Virus record (IMG/VR): IMGVR_UViG_3300027749_002876
Span: 460,566 to 524,565 of that record
Reading direction: 5' to 3' (one strand)
DNA: 64,000 bases
The position numbers and the translations under genes are program-made. Below are positions 29,074-38,594 of the stretch, in pieces (position 1 is the first letter of the stretch; every line of letters starts with the position of its first letter). Under the pieces are notes generated by a model. That model made no database searches. It saw only the letters and a program-made list of their open reading frames with translations, and was not told the origin of the DNA.

Positions 29074-30374
29074 TATCCCACCAAATCTTGTGTTTCTTGG
29101 GGTAATGCATCAAACAATGTATAATCATTATCATCGTAGTCTTCCAAGAATGTCCTAGATATATTCTTAAATGTACCACCGTGTTTGTAATATATTTGCA
29201 ATAACAGTGCTAAAGATGCATCAGCAGGTGTACTTGGTATCTTCTCATCTGGATTAGATTCCTTGTGCCAAGTTCTGAACGTGCCTTCAGCAAGTCGACG
29301 GAACTCTGCCGGAGAACCTGAAATGTTACGAATGATATTACCTAATGACATTACAAATTCTTTAATATCTTTTGATTTCAAAGACTTGTTACCTTTGATT
29401 TTATTACGCAAGTTAATCATAGGAATAACTTCAATAGAGTCAACACTCCGATAGTCCCAATTCCACTGATGAATTTGACACCACCAGTGTACTTCTTCGT
29501 CTGTCAAGTCTTTTAACAAGTCAACACGAACAAACGCACCCGGCAAATCTTTATTGTCATCATCTTCTTCATGTACCGGGACAATGCCATATGATTCCAT
29601 GATAATCTGTTTAGCAAATGCTTCTTCGTATAATTCCTTAGTAACAGTATTTGGATTGTCTTGTCGCTTACACAAAACATAGTTCTTCCATTTATCAAAG
29701 TAAACCAGTCTACGCTTGTCCTCGCCGTTAATACCCAAGAAGTGTTCACGTGCAAAAGTAAAATTGTGAAACTCAATCACTTGACATTTGATTTCAACAT
29801 CAAGCCAATTGTCAGCAGAAATACCATCATCAGCAAAGTGACCCCATTTAGACAATACACCATATGATACTGCGGTATGTTGACCGTCAATGATGTAGTA
29901 ATGATATTTGTTTTTAACTTTGATTTTAAGAATGTTAACGTATTGCACTTTCTTGGGATCAAAGTTCTCTACGATTTTCTTAATGTGACCATGAATTAAT
30001 GGACGTTGAACAGCAAGTGCGCTCAACAACTCACGCAATGGTATTGCTTCATAGTACGGTAAATTCTTGTAAGAAACTACCTTCTTACTTGTATTACGTT
30101 TTGCAATACCTGAAAGTTTATCATTCATAAATCCTTCAACCAATGCTTCAACAGTTTTAGCATCATGTTCATTGGGCTTCTTATCTAAAACGTTTACAGC
30201 ACGTTCAGATGGGCTAATTGTATGGATATCTGCATCATCAAATGCAAACAAATCAATCGGTGTAGTGAGAATAGCCTTCATAAGTGCCTTTTTTACTTTC
30301 TTTGCGCTAGGTTTTCTTACTGGATCTTCTTTCGAAAGTTTTGCAGATTGTGTTTTTTTAGCTATAGTTACCAT
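29073..30374 (-). CDS. ParB/Srx-like (DGQH) domain protein
   Basis: VQRPL...HIKKIVENFD...YIIDGQHT...FLGIN. Confidence 0.65.
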   Translation of the reverse strand: MVTIAKKTQSAKLSKEDPVRKPSAKKVKKALMKAILTTPIDLFAFDDADIHTISPSERAVNVLDKKPNEHDAKTVEALVEGFMNDKLSGIAKRNTSKKVVSYKNLPYYEAIPLRELLSALAVQRPLIHGHIKKIVENFDPKKVQYVNILKIKVKNKYHYYIIDGQHTAVSYGVLSKWGHFADDGISADNWLDVEIKCQVIEFHNFTFAREHFLGINGEDKRRLVYFDKWKNYVLCKRQDNPNTVTKELYEEAFAKQIIMESYGIVPVHEEDDDNKDLPGAFVRVDLLKDLTDEEVHWWCQIHQWNWDYRSVDSIEVIPMINLRNKIKGNKSLKSKDIKEFVMSLGNIIRNISGSPAEFRRLAEGTFRTWHKESNPDEKIPSTPADASLALLLQIYYKHGGTFKNISRTFLEDYDDNDYTLFDALPQETQDLVG

Positions 30375-30408
30375 GAAAAATTCCTATGAGTCAAGTTGAT
30401 AAGTCTCT

Positions 30409-30437
30409 ATTATAGACCCAAACGGATTAATTGTCAA
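30409..30437 (-). promoter_or_regulatory. Sigma70-type early promoter
   Basis: TTGACA-17-TATAAT-AGAGACTT, related to the repeated cassette. Confidence 0.85.
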
Positions 30438-31495
30438 GTTTTATCTAATTTGTATCCGGTTACAATAAGCCCATATTGTGAAAATTCACGGTAAAATGCA
30501 TCGATATCATTACCATAATATAGGAAACATTGTCCTCGGGTATTTACACTACTTTTTTTACCATCTACTGCAATAAAACTAATTCTATGGTCAGTGAAGC
30601 AAAGAGCATTAGCTGTATCTGCTAGTTTTTTAAACCAACCTGTGTCGGTTGAATTGTTACACAAAATGATAGCTTGTTCAAAATTAGATTTTTCTAGCTC
30701 GGTCAAAAACTTATTTACTGCTACTTTCATAAGAGGACCATATGGTGGATTTAACCATACTGATTTGGCATTCCAATCCTTTGAACACCCATCATCTTTT
30801 TCTGTGAATATTCTTGAGGCTTTTACAGTTTCGTTTGCTTTGACACTACTAAACGGGTCCAAATCAATAGTTCCACCAAATACGTTACGTGCAGAATTTG
30901 TGTATTTTTCAGGTGTGTACCAGCTATCGCTGTCTCTATCTTTAGTATATGCTACGGGTGAAGAACCTACATATGCAATATTAACTTTTTTAGTGACCTT
31001 TTTCATTTGATTATTTATCACTTGGTCAATTTTAGTACAAGTACCTTCATAATCAAGCGCAACAAATTTGTTGTTTTTTATGCGAGAGGCTTCTAAATTT
31101 ATTGCTTCTATAATAAGTTTCCCTCGCTTTTCTTTCCAATGCTTACCCATAGTTGCACACAAGTATTCTTGAAATATGCTTTTATTAGCATGAAATAATA
31201 CACCAAGCATTTTTTCATCAACACTACCCGGTACCTCTTGTGTTTTCACTTCAATCCCTAATAAGGGAACAGTACCTTTAAACAAACCAAAATCGATTCT
31301 TCCAGGAGCACCAAACCAATTAGTATATGGATATTGTTTAACTGCAACGATTTTATCTTTTGGAATTATAGAATTTTGAAATGCACTATATGATTCATAA
31401 ATTGTAATTCCGCTTTTTATTAAATGAGCGGCAACTAATGAATCCCCTGCTTTACCTGAATCCTGTGCCAATGTGCCCTGACTGTGTTTAATCAT
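30434..31495 (-). CDS. PD-(D/E)xK nuclease fused to phage-type N6-adenine DNA methyltransferase
   Basis: N-terminal RIDF...IEVKTQEVPGSVDEK; C-terminal WYTP, DLDPFS, WLNPPYG. Confidence 0.75.
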   Translation of the reverse strand: MIKHSQGTLAQDSGKAGDSLVAAHLIKSGITIYESYSAFQNSIIPKDKIVAVKQYPYTNWFGAPGRIDFGLFKGTVPLLGIEVKTQEVPGSVDEKMLGVLFHANKSIFQEYLCATMGKHWKEKRGKLIIEAINLEASRIKNNKFVALDYEGTCTKIDQVINNQMKKVTKKVNIAYVGSSPVAYTKDRDSDSWYTPEKYTNSARNVFGGTIDLDPFSSVKANETVKASRIFTEKDDGCSKDWNAKSVWLNPPYGPLMKVAVNKFLTELEKSNFEQAIILCNNSTDTGWFKKLADTANALCFTDHRISFIAVDGKKSSVNTRGQCFLYYGNDIDAFYREFSQYGLIVTGYKLDKT

Positions 31496-31525
31496 TACTT
31501 GTGTCCTATAATATTTTTGAATAAA

Positions 31526-31945
31526 TTAACTAACCTCAGTACGGCCTTCGCCTAAGTTTTTAGTGCGTACCATTCGTAAGTCACGGTTCGTTGGATCGGC
31601 CTGTTGTTGTTCATAGACCTCGAGTGCAATATTTCTACAAATTGTTTGAAACCAACGATCTACTAACACGTTATCTGTATCAGTATCTTTTTGTTTATAA
31701 CCTGCACGAATTAAATTTACAATAAACTTCTCATTCCAGTCAAGTTCAAATGCACCATTGTTAACATCATTGGGGTCAAGCTCCAAACTTAGAATGTTAA
31801 TATACGGCTCACCTGCTGCCGTTGCTTTTTCTTTAGCAGTAAGTTCAGGTACTACTGGTGCAATTTTCTTTTCCTTAACTTTTTTAGGTTCGGGTTCAGA
31901 TTTAACTTCTGGCTTTTTAAATAAATTCTTTATTTTTTCAAACAT
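31526..31945 (-). CDS. Conserved hypothetical phage protein
   Basis: KEKATAAGEPY...FELDWN...VDRWF. Confidence 0.7.
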   Translation of the reverse strand: MFEKIKNLFKKPEVKSEPEPKKVKEKKIAPVVPELTAKEKATAAGEPYINILSLELDPNDVNNGAFELDWNEKFIVNLIRAGYKQKDTDTDNVLVDRWFQTICRNIALEVYEQQQADPTNRDLRMVRTKNLGEGRTEVS

Positions 31946-32955
31946 TTGTATCTCTCTAGTAATTTAAAGCTGGCTAAGTTTTTAGCTTTGCTTTCGCACA
32001 TCATATCAAAATTATCAATGAATGTCAATGCCCAATCGTTCACCGCTTCGTTCCAATAGTAATCACTATGTGCCCTAAGCTTCTGTTTACTGTATCCCGC
32101 TTCAATCAACGCACCATGAGAGGGTAATTGTGATCCGGAATGTCCGACAAGTACATCTTCACGGCTGACGGAGTAATGTAGAGTAGGCCTAACACCACGC
32201 CAGCTATCAATAACCATTTTAACACGGTCGTCAGTAGGTTGAATATATTCACCTTCCCTAATCCAATTATGGTGAATGTCCATGACCGTAGGTACGAGGT
32301 CAGATAATGATAAGCAGTCTGTAAGTCCATGTGTGTATTCCTCATTTTCTAGTGTTAGTGTGTTTCTTGCTTCGGGGCTGAGTCTTCCGTAGACTTCTCT
32401 GATTCCTTGGGGACCTCTTCGTCCTGAGATGTGGACGTTGGTTTTAAAGTCCTGAAACTGTTTGCCGAAACCCATCCATCGAACCATGTCTGCATGATAC
32501 TCAAACTCCTCTATACTCTTATTTACTACCTCATCACGGTCACTTGCTAAAACTACAAACTGATCCGGATGAAATGATAACCGAACATCATTAGCTCTAG
32601 CTGTTTCACCGATAGGTGCAAACCATCGTTGTAAACTATTTTGTACATCGGTTGATTGCCAAAATTCTTTGTAGCCATCCATAGTATAAAAACTAAGCAT
32701 ATCACTAGTAAGACGAACCATACGCAATTCGGGTTCTAATGTGGCAACACGCTTAACAAGTGCGTGAGTATTCATAATATTGCGTTTAGCAACATCCATA
32801 ATCTTTTCTTCTACTACATTACGGTTATTACGCTTTGCCCACGCTTGTGTAGTACCACCTGTGTTAAGACCCTCGGCTGAAACAAGCTCACCTTTGTGAT
32901 TGATTTCCGCCCATTTACAAGCAAAGCCGATGCGTTTGATAGATTGATTTGTCAA
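31930..32955 (-). CDS. uvsE: UV-damage endonuclease UvsE
   Basis: RIGFAC, RLSFHPDQF, NVHISG, TLENEE, DIHH, HYS, RAHSD, MCESKAK. Confidence 0.9.
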   Translation of the reverse strand: MTNQSIKRIGFACKWAEINHKGELVSAEGLNTGGTTQAWAKRNNRNVVEEKIMDVAKRNIMNTHALVKRVATLEPELRMVRLTSDMLSFYTMDGYKEFWQSTDVQNSLQRWFAPIGETARANDVRLSFHPDQFVVLASDRDEVVNKSIEEFEYHADMVRWMGFGKQFQDFKTNVHISGRRGPQGIREVYGRLSPEARNTLTLENEEYTHGLTDCLSLSDLVPTVMDIHHNWIREGEYIQPTDDRVKMVIDSWRGVRPTLHYSVSREDVLVGHSGSQLPSHGALIEAGYSKQKLRAHSDYYWNEAVNDWALTFIDNFDMMCESKAKNLASFKLLERYKCLKK

Positions 32956-32988
32956 AGTAATAGTCCAAAGTGATAAATAATAAGATAC

Positions 32989-33017
32989 AGTGTAACATAT
33001 TTACGCAATAAAGTCAA
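32989..33017 (-). promoter_or_regulatory. Sigma70-type promoter for uvsE
   Basis: TTGACT-17-TACACT. Confidence 0.6.
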
Positions 33018-33035
33018 CTATTTACGGATACCACT

Positions 33036-33911
33036 ATGAGAATTAACGAATTTATAACAGAGTCTAGTAAGATTTGCCCACAATGTGGAATGAGAGGTTG
33101 CACGTGCAAACCTGGAAAATGTAATTGCAAACCAAAGCCTGGTTATCCAAAACAGGTTGATGAAGCCGCTAATCCAGCACAACAAGCCGCTATAGCTATT
33201 GCTATGAAAAAAGCTGGTAAAAAGCCAAAAAATATGCATGAAGAAGATGAGGGTATGTTTGGTAGATCCAAAAACGATAAACGATATTTAGATAAATTTG
33301 ATCCAACTGAAGTTATGAATATCAGTGATGATCCTAGTAAGGCACATAAAACAACGGGCAAGGGTTCATTAAGAACATCTAAGAAAGATTTAGAATTTGC
33401 ATTTGGACCACCCGGAGAAGATGATACATGGGTTTTAGAATTTAAGAATGGTTTAATTGCCACTATATACCCACAATCTAACAGTGGTGGCATGGATTGG
33501 ATCATAGGTGGTAATCATACAAACACTGAAGATTTTGTACATATGGCTTATTCAGCCGCACTTGATGAAAAACTTGAAGAGGATTGGAACAAGGTCAACC
33601 AGAAAGACAAAACATCTGGTATGAGCCGTAAGGCAGTAAAAGCATATCGTAGAGAAAATCCAGGTAGCAAATTACAAACAGCAGTTACTACTAAACCTAG
33701 TAAATTAAAGCCTGGATCAAAAGCTGCCAAACGCCGTAAGAGTTTTTGTGCTAGAATGAGTGGTAACAAAGGTCCTATGAAAAAGCCTAATGGTAAACCT
33801 ACTCCCAAAGCATTAGCACTACGTAGATGGAATTGTGAGAGTGTAGAGCAAATGGAAGAATTGGTAATGTTAGCAGAACAATTTATCCGCAATCACAAGA
33901 CTAAACTTTAA
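33036..33911 (+). CDS. MRxxEF-leader modular late protein (putative head-internal polyprotein)
   Basis: MRINEFITE; Cys-rich module; AANPAQQAAIAIAMKK module; basic RRKSFCARM...ALRRWNC module; ATAAATA at 32973-32979. Confidence 0.65.
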   Translation: MRINEFITESSKICPQCGMRGCTCKPGKCNCKPKPGYPKQVDEAANPAQQAAIAIAMKKAGKKPKNMHEEDEGMFGRSKNDKRYLDKFDPTEVMNISDDPSKAHKTTGKGSLRTSKKDLEFAFGPPGEDDTWVLEFKNGLIATIYPQSNSGGMDWIIGGNHTNTEDFVHMAYSAALDEKLEEDWNKVNQKDKTSGMSRKAVKAYRRENPGSKLQTAVTTKPSKLKPGSKAAKRRKSFCARMSGNKGPMKKPNGKPTPKALALRRWNCESVEQMEELVMLAEQFIRNHKTKL

Positions 33912-34728
33912 GTAGTTCTTCTAAAGTATATAAGTTCTTCATATAGGGTGATACATTTTCTAGTACACTACTAGCAATGTCGCCCTTCCTTCTTGGGCCG
34001 TATTTCACGTTGAAGCTAACATCATTGACTTTTTGAAACTCATCAACAATCTCACTAACAGTATATCCTACTCCGTGACCTAAACATTCTACACTATTGC
34101 TAGGTTTCTCAATAGCTTGTTTTAATGAATCACATATCTCATTTACGTGTACATAGTCACGTACACAAGTACCATCAGGTGATACATCATAATCATTACC
34201 AAAAATTGTAAACTCTTTTGATTGCATGGCCATTATTAAATTATACATTAATCCATCGGGGTTAGTGGGAGCAAAGCCTTCGCTTCCAATAACATTATAA
34301 AATCTAAAGATTGTATATGGGGTTGCTCGATGGGTTGTACAATATTCTCTTACCACATCTTCTGCCGCACGTTTGCTGATACCATAAGCACTACAACAAT
34401 CTTGTGCGGCACCGGTGCTTGCAAAGATAAAGTTCTTTGTCTTAATCTTATTCAATACATTCATTGTACCATTCAAGTTAGTTATATAATATTGAATAGG
34501 TTTCTGCTCACTTTCACCCACATTAACTAACGCGGCCAAATGAATAACACAATCAAACTCATCTTCTAAACTAAAAGGTCGATTGATATCACAATGATAG
34601 AATGTATGCGGCGACTCTTGTGGTTCTACTTTATCTAAACCATACACTTGATATTCACCCTTCAATATCTTAGTAAGATGTGAACCAATGTAACCGCTAT
34701 TACCTGTTATTAAAACTTTTTTTACCAC
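33901..34728 (-). CDS. NAD-dependent epimerase/dehydratase (GalE-like)
   Basis: ITGNSGYIG, HLAA, YGISK, RFYNV, GTCVRDYVHV. Confidence 0.9.
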   Translation of the reverse strand: MVKKVLITGNSGYIGSHLTKILKGEYQVYGLDKVEPQESPHTFYHCDINRPFSLEDEFDCVIHLAALVNVGESEQKPIQYYITNLNGTMNVLNKIKTKNFIFASTGAAQDCCSAYGISKRAAEDVVREYCTTHRATPYTIFRFYNVIGSEGFAPTNPDGLMYNLIMAMQSKEFTIFGNDYDVSPDGTCVRDYVHVNEICDSLKQAIEKPSNSVECLGHGVGYTVSEIVDEFQKVNDVSFNVKYGPRRKGDIASSVLENVSPYMKNLYTLEELLKV

Positions 34729-36053
34729 TGAAATAATTCCTCACTAGTTTCTAATGCTGGTTCAAAGATCGGATCTTTGGTTAAATATGTGTCATTGTCT
34801 GTATAGATAACTCTAAATTTATGTTTGTTAGTCAACACACTGCGAACATCATCAATACAAATTACATTACGTCCTAAATTCTTAATGAAGTCAGTATGTG
34901 TAATAGTTGTTTCATTGCAAATTTTGGCTGTATTAGTGTTAGATTTTTTACTATCAAACTCATTAAAACAATTATTCCACTTATGAAACACAGTAGCTTC
35001 TTGTTCTTGTGCATGTTGTAATGATCCTAAGTTATACCATCTTTCTGCTTTTTCAAAAATATCATATAACTCTTTTGCTTTACTTGCCATGTCTTTCTTT
35101 GTGCATTTGTAAAAGAAATTATCATTGAAGTTTTTAGTCCAGCGTTGATTTTCTAATACCAGTGTGGGCAATTGAATATGTTGTTCATAGAAAGCCATAC
35201 CATAACTCTCAACAACACTAGGATTAAACGCAATACGACTAGACTTAATAAAATCTACTTTCTCTTGTCCAACAATACTAGCACGAACATCATACATGAC
35301 TCCTAGTTTAGACAATCTATCTTCAAACTTCTTTACACCATTAGGACTAGTCATAACCTTAACCGGTAGTTTAGTCTGCTCAATCAATTCAATAAACAAC
35401 TCAGGATTCTTACCTTCTTCCCATCGACCAACAAACAGTATCCCCTCACGTTCACCTGTGTACACAGTTAATAAGTCTGGTTCAGTAATAGGTATAGGAA
35501 GATGATAGGATGATTCATTTAAATGTAGTTGATTGAATTTACTTTGAGTTCCTATATCAATGTTTGTTGTGCTTAATTGTTGGCGCATCATCACATTGGT
35601 GTTGTGTAAGAATGGATTCTTAGTGTCTTTGAATATCTGGCTTTCTAAGTGAGTGTAGGCAATGATTTGAATACAATCCTCAAGACCCATAGTACTAGCT
35701 ACTTGCACAGTTTCATATGTATTACATACAAACGCATCGTATAAGTTATTCTCTAACGCTTTGATAATACTATTACGGAAATTAGCCATGCGTTCATAAC
35801 AGAATGTATCACCATACATAAAGATGTTGCTATGCTCAGTATAACGTAATGAATCAGCAGGCGATATGATATTAGCCGGAATAGATTTGATAAACTCATT
35901 ATCTTGCGGTTCTTTGTCAGTAATGATATCAACTTTAACATTATGACTATCCATTAACTCACAAAAACTTTTTGTAAATTGTCCTATGCCACCATGTGGT
36001 ATTAATGTTTGATAGCTTACTAAAAAGCCAATTCGTTTATCGTATGTTCTCAT
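34722..36053 (-). CDS. GT-B (GT4-like) glycosyltransferase
   Basis: HGGIG, LFVGRWEEGKN, PSVVESYGMAFYE. Confidence 0.85.
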   Translation of the reverse strand: MRTYDKRIGFLVSYQTLIPHGGIGQFTKSFCELMDSHNVKVDIITDKEPQDNEFIKSIPANIISPADSLRYTEHSNIFMYGDTFCYERMANFRNSIIKALENNLYDAFVCNTYETVQVASTMGLEDCIQIIAYTHLESQIFKDTKNPFLHNTNVMMRQQLSTTNIDIGTQSKFNQLHLNESSYHLPIPITEPDLLTVYTGEREGILFVGRWEEGKNPELFIELIEQTKLPVKVMTSPNGVKKFEDRLSKLGVMYDVRASIVGQEKVDFIKSSRIAFNPSVVESYGMAFYEQHIQLPTLVLENQRWTKNFNDNFFYKCTKKDMASKAKELYDIFEKAERWYNLGSLQHAQEQEATVFHKWNNCFNEFDSKKSNTNTAKICNETTITHTDFIKNLGRNVICIDDVRSVLTNKHKFRVIYTDNDTYLTKDPIFEPALETSEELFQW

Positions 36054-36227
36054 TTATCTTCTATAGTAGGTACATCTTGCCATTCAGTATATTCACGCTT
36101 TTTAGTAAAACTACCTTGAATAGTAGTTGTACTATAATCAGTTACTTCAATTTGTGTTCTATATTGTAACACTTTTTCAGGTCCGTCCCAACCGCTTCGG
36201 ACAAGATATCTTAATTCATACATATAT

Positions 36228-36464
36228 TTACCTTTTTAACAACCACATAATATGGGCATTTTTATCGTGCCAACTGTGTTCTAAACTAATTTCACTTGGT
36301 CCAGCATAGATACTGGTTAGTCTATAAGCCCACTTTAACCAAATACATTTACCTGACAAATCACAAGTTTCAGGCAACCATGCAAACTTTAAATCTGCAC
36401 CCAAGTATTTGTTACGATAGGAGTCATTGATACCCATACTATCTAGTGGCATAACTATCTCCAT
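36228..36464 (-). CDS. Hypothetical protein
   Basis: FAWLPETCDLSGKCIWL motif. Confidence 0.55.
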   Translation of the reverse strand: MEIVMPLDSMGINDSYRNKYLGADLKFAWLPETCDLSGKCIWLKWAYRLTSIYAGPSEISLEHSWHDKNAHIMWLLKR

Positions 36465-36706
36465 CGTAACATAAAATGAATATAATCTTTCTCATCTGTG
36501 AATTTGAACGTAGTTTCAAATCCATCATCTTGTGTATCTTTATATTCATACGTCCACCTAGATTTTGTTCTACCAGGACCAAAAGTATCAACACACCAAT
36601 CTAATGGATTATTTTTATCTCTTATAGAACCGTCTGGTCCCATATAGTGTTTCCAATAATCCCAAGATAATAAAGCAATGTGTTGATATTTTTTCATGTG
36701 CCCCAC
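36455..36706 (-). CDS. Hypothetical protein
   Basis: WCVDTFG...FKFTDEKDYIHFMLRW. Confidence 0.55.
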   Translation of the reverse strand: MGHMKKYQHIALLSWDYWKHYMGPDGSIRDKNNPLDWCVDTFGPGRTKSRWTYEYKDTQDDGFETTFKFTDEKDYIHFMLRWR

Positions 36707-37542
36707 TCGTTTTTGAAAAGAGGTACTTGAAGTCTATCACTGTACCGATAACCACGATTCATTGCTTCAATAGCAACATTCTTAGCATTTAAGTTATACA
36801 ATGATTCTACACCACCGCAAGGCATGAAGTATACAGGGCCTCTGAATCCACCATTACGAAATTCTAGTACAGCTTTGTCTGCTTCAATTGCATCTTCACT
36901 AGTAGCAATAACAAACTTAAGATACACAAAGCCAATACTTTCATATTGACGAATGATGTTAGGACAAATTGCTTCACTCCACTTCTCGCCACTGATACTT
37001 AGTTTAGGACTAACACTAAATGTTAATGCATTCTTTTCTCTGTTAATCTTCCATTGTTGTAGATAGATTGATAGGTCTTGACTTAGTTCTTGTGTACCAT
37101 TAGTTTCAAAAGTAATCTCTTTGAGACCTCTCATTTTTTCGTTTGAAAGTAATTCTGGATATGCTCTTTGCCATCCAAGAAGAGGTTCACCACCAGTGAT
37201 AACAAGGTGCTCATCCATCCAGCGACCGTGAGGAAGGATAGTAAGAATAGAGTCAACAATAGAAACGGTACTGAGCATAGGACTAAGATGCTTAAATCTA
37301 GAGTCCCACGAGGCGTAGGAATCGCAACCTGTACTGACAAGCGGTAAGGATTTATAATCTGTATAATCTTGTGCTTTAATCGCAATAACATCTCTTTCAC
37401 TACTCAATTCTCCTTTATTCATGCCGAAGCCACCACACGTAAAATTGCATCCATATGTTCTAAGGAAAATACTTGGTACTCCGATATATCGGCCTTCTCC
37501 TTGTATACTATAAAAAAGTTCACTTACTTTTATGCTTGTCAT
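36694..37542 (-). CDS. queE: 7-carboxy-7-deazaguanine synthase (radical SAM)
   Basis: ELFYSIQGEG, FLRTYGCNFTC...GCDS, ITGGEP, FETNGT, SPKL. Confidence 0.92.
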   Translation of the reverse strand: MTSIKVSELFYSIQGEGRYIGVPSIFLRTYGCNFTCGGFGMNKGELSSERDVIAIKAQDYTDYKSLPLVSTGCDSYASWDSRFKHLSPMLSTVSIVDSILTILPHGRWMDEHLVITGGEPLLGWQRAYPELLSNEKMRGLKEITFETNGTQELSQDLSIYLQQWKINREKNALTFSVSPKLSISGEKWSEAICPNIIRQYESIGFVYLKFVIATSEDAIEADKAVLEFRNGGFRGPVYFMPCGGVESLYNLNAKNVAIEAMNRGYRYSDRLQVPLFKNEWGT

Positions 37543-38083
37543 TAATATGTTCTTTCAAATCATTCATTGATATATAGAGTTTTTCACAAATGAAGCCCTC
37601 TTTCTTTCGTTTACTATCGGATAAGCACCATCCCCTAATAGTTGTCTCATGTACATCGTAATATTTAGCCGCATGCCCCATTGAAGGGAATATACCATCA
37701 GGCGTAGTCACCATCATTTTCCAATTAGGTCTATCATTGTGAATTATACGTTCAATTGAATCTAAAACTGCAGGTACCTTATAGTCTCTTTTTAAGTATT
37801 CTACTGCATTTAACAGATTTTGTAAATCATCTTGGAACTTCCCGAGAGCCATATTACAGTTGGTGCAAAGTAAACCTCTTACTTTTTTTGTAACATGACA
37901 ATGATCCACTGCTAAATCCCTATTACATATATCAAGTTTATTACAAATCGCACAGCCATGATTTTGTTCTACCAACATTGCTTCGTACTGGTCGGCATTA
38001 ATTCCAAAATCTTTCATCAAATCTGACCTTTTTCGGCGTTTGTTAGTTCGTTCTTTACTATTGAGTGTTTTTTGCTTAATCAT
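37520..38083 (-). CDS. Endonuclease VII-like HNH homing endonuclease
   Basis: CAIC...LAVDHCH...VRGLLCTNCNMALG; C-terminal NUMOD/HTH-like segment; TATAAATA and AAGGAG upstream. Confidence 0.85.
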   Translation of the reverse strand: MIKQKTLNSKERTNKRRKRSDLMKDFGINADQYEAMLVEQNHGCAICNKLDICNRDLAVDHCHVTKKVRGLLCTNCNMALGKFQDDLQNLLNAVEYLKRDYKVPAVLDSIERIIHNDRPNWKMMVTTPDGIFPSMGHAAKYYDVHETTIRGWCLSDSKRKKEGFICEKLYISMNDLKEHINDKHKSK

Positions 38084-38130
38084 TATTATCTCCTTATATG
38101 TATTTATACAAGGTGACGGTAGAGTAAGAT

Positions 38131-38184
38131 TTAACCCTCTCCTTGGATGCTATAAAATAATTCTGATACTTTTAAATGATTCAT
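38131..38184 (-). pseudogene. Orphaned duplicate of the queE 5' end (17 codons)
   Basis: MNHLKVSELFYSIQGEG-stop; matches QueE start MTSIKVSELFYSIQGEG. Confidence 0.85.
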
Positions 38185-38399
38185 TTGATTTTTAAATTGT
38201 AATTTTTTAAAATAACTTCAGCGTATGTACCGCCACCTTGTTTATAAACACCATTAACTTGCTTTGCACAATCCCTGATTAATAGTTCAGCAAACTTTTC
38301 AATACTTTCTTCATCATCAGTTTGACCTGCGACAGATGCTCGTTTGAGCGCCCAGTCAAAACCTGCTTCTTTTGCCAGGTCTTCTATTTTTTTATTCAT
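38181..38399 (-). CDS. Small protein, EKFAELIV paralogue family
   Basis: NKKIEDLAKEAG...EKFAELLIRDC. Confidence 0.65.
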   Translation of the reverse strand: MNKKIEDLAKEAGFDWALKRASVAGQTDDEESIEKFAELLIRDCAKQVNGVYKQGGGTYAEVILKNYNLKIK

Positions 38400-38402
38400 A
38401 TA

Positions 38403-38594
38403 TTACCAATGATGTAAAGTGTTTGCTATGATGAAACAACATGTTATCACATGTAGCACCACCCAGAAAGTTTTTAGGAACAATGCGATTTTTGCTTCAC
38501 CTAATGTAAGAATAGGTACATCAGGCCTGTCATCATCGGTATTACCCATTAGATGACCGGTTGCTCTTGCCCATATTTTTTCTAAGCTATTCAT
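38403..38594 (-). CDS. Small membrane protein
   Basis: KIWARATG...C-terminal TM ending HHW. Confidence 0.6.
   Translation of the reverse strand: MNSLEKIWARATGHLMGNTDDDRPDVPILTLGEAKIALFLKTFWVVLHVITCCFIIANTLHHW

Noticed and set aside
37492-38133. Group I intron or translational bypass in queE
   Set aside because: The insert is almost entirely the endonuclease ORF with no room for a ribozyme core; downstream queE has its own complete N-terminus; the gap is far longer than known hops.
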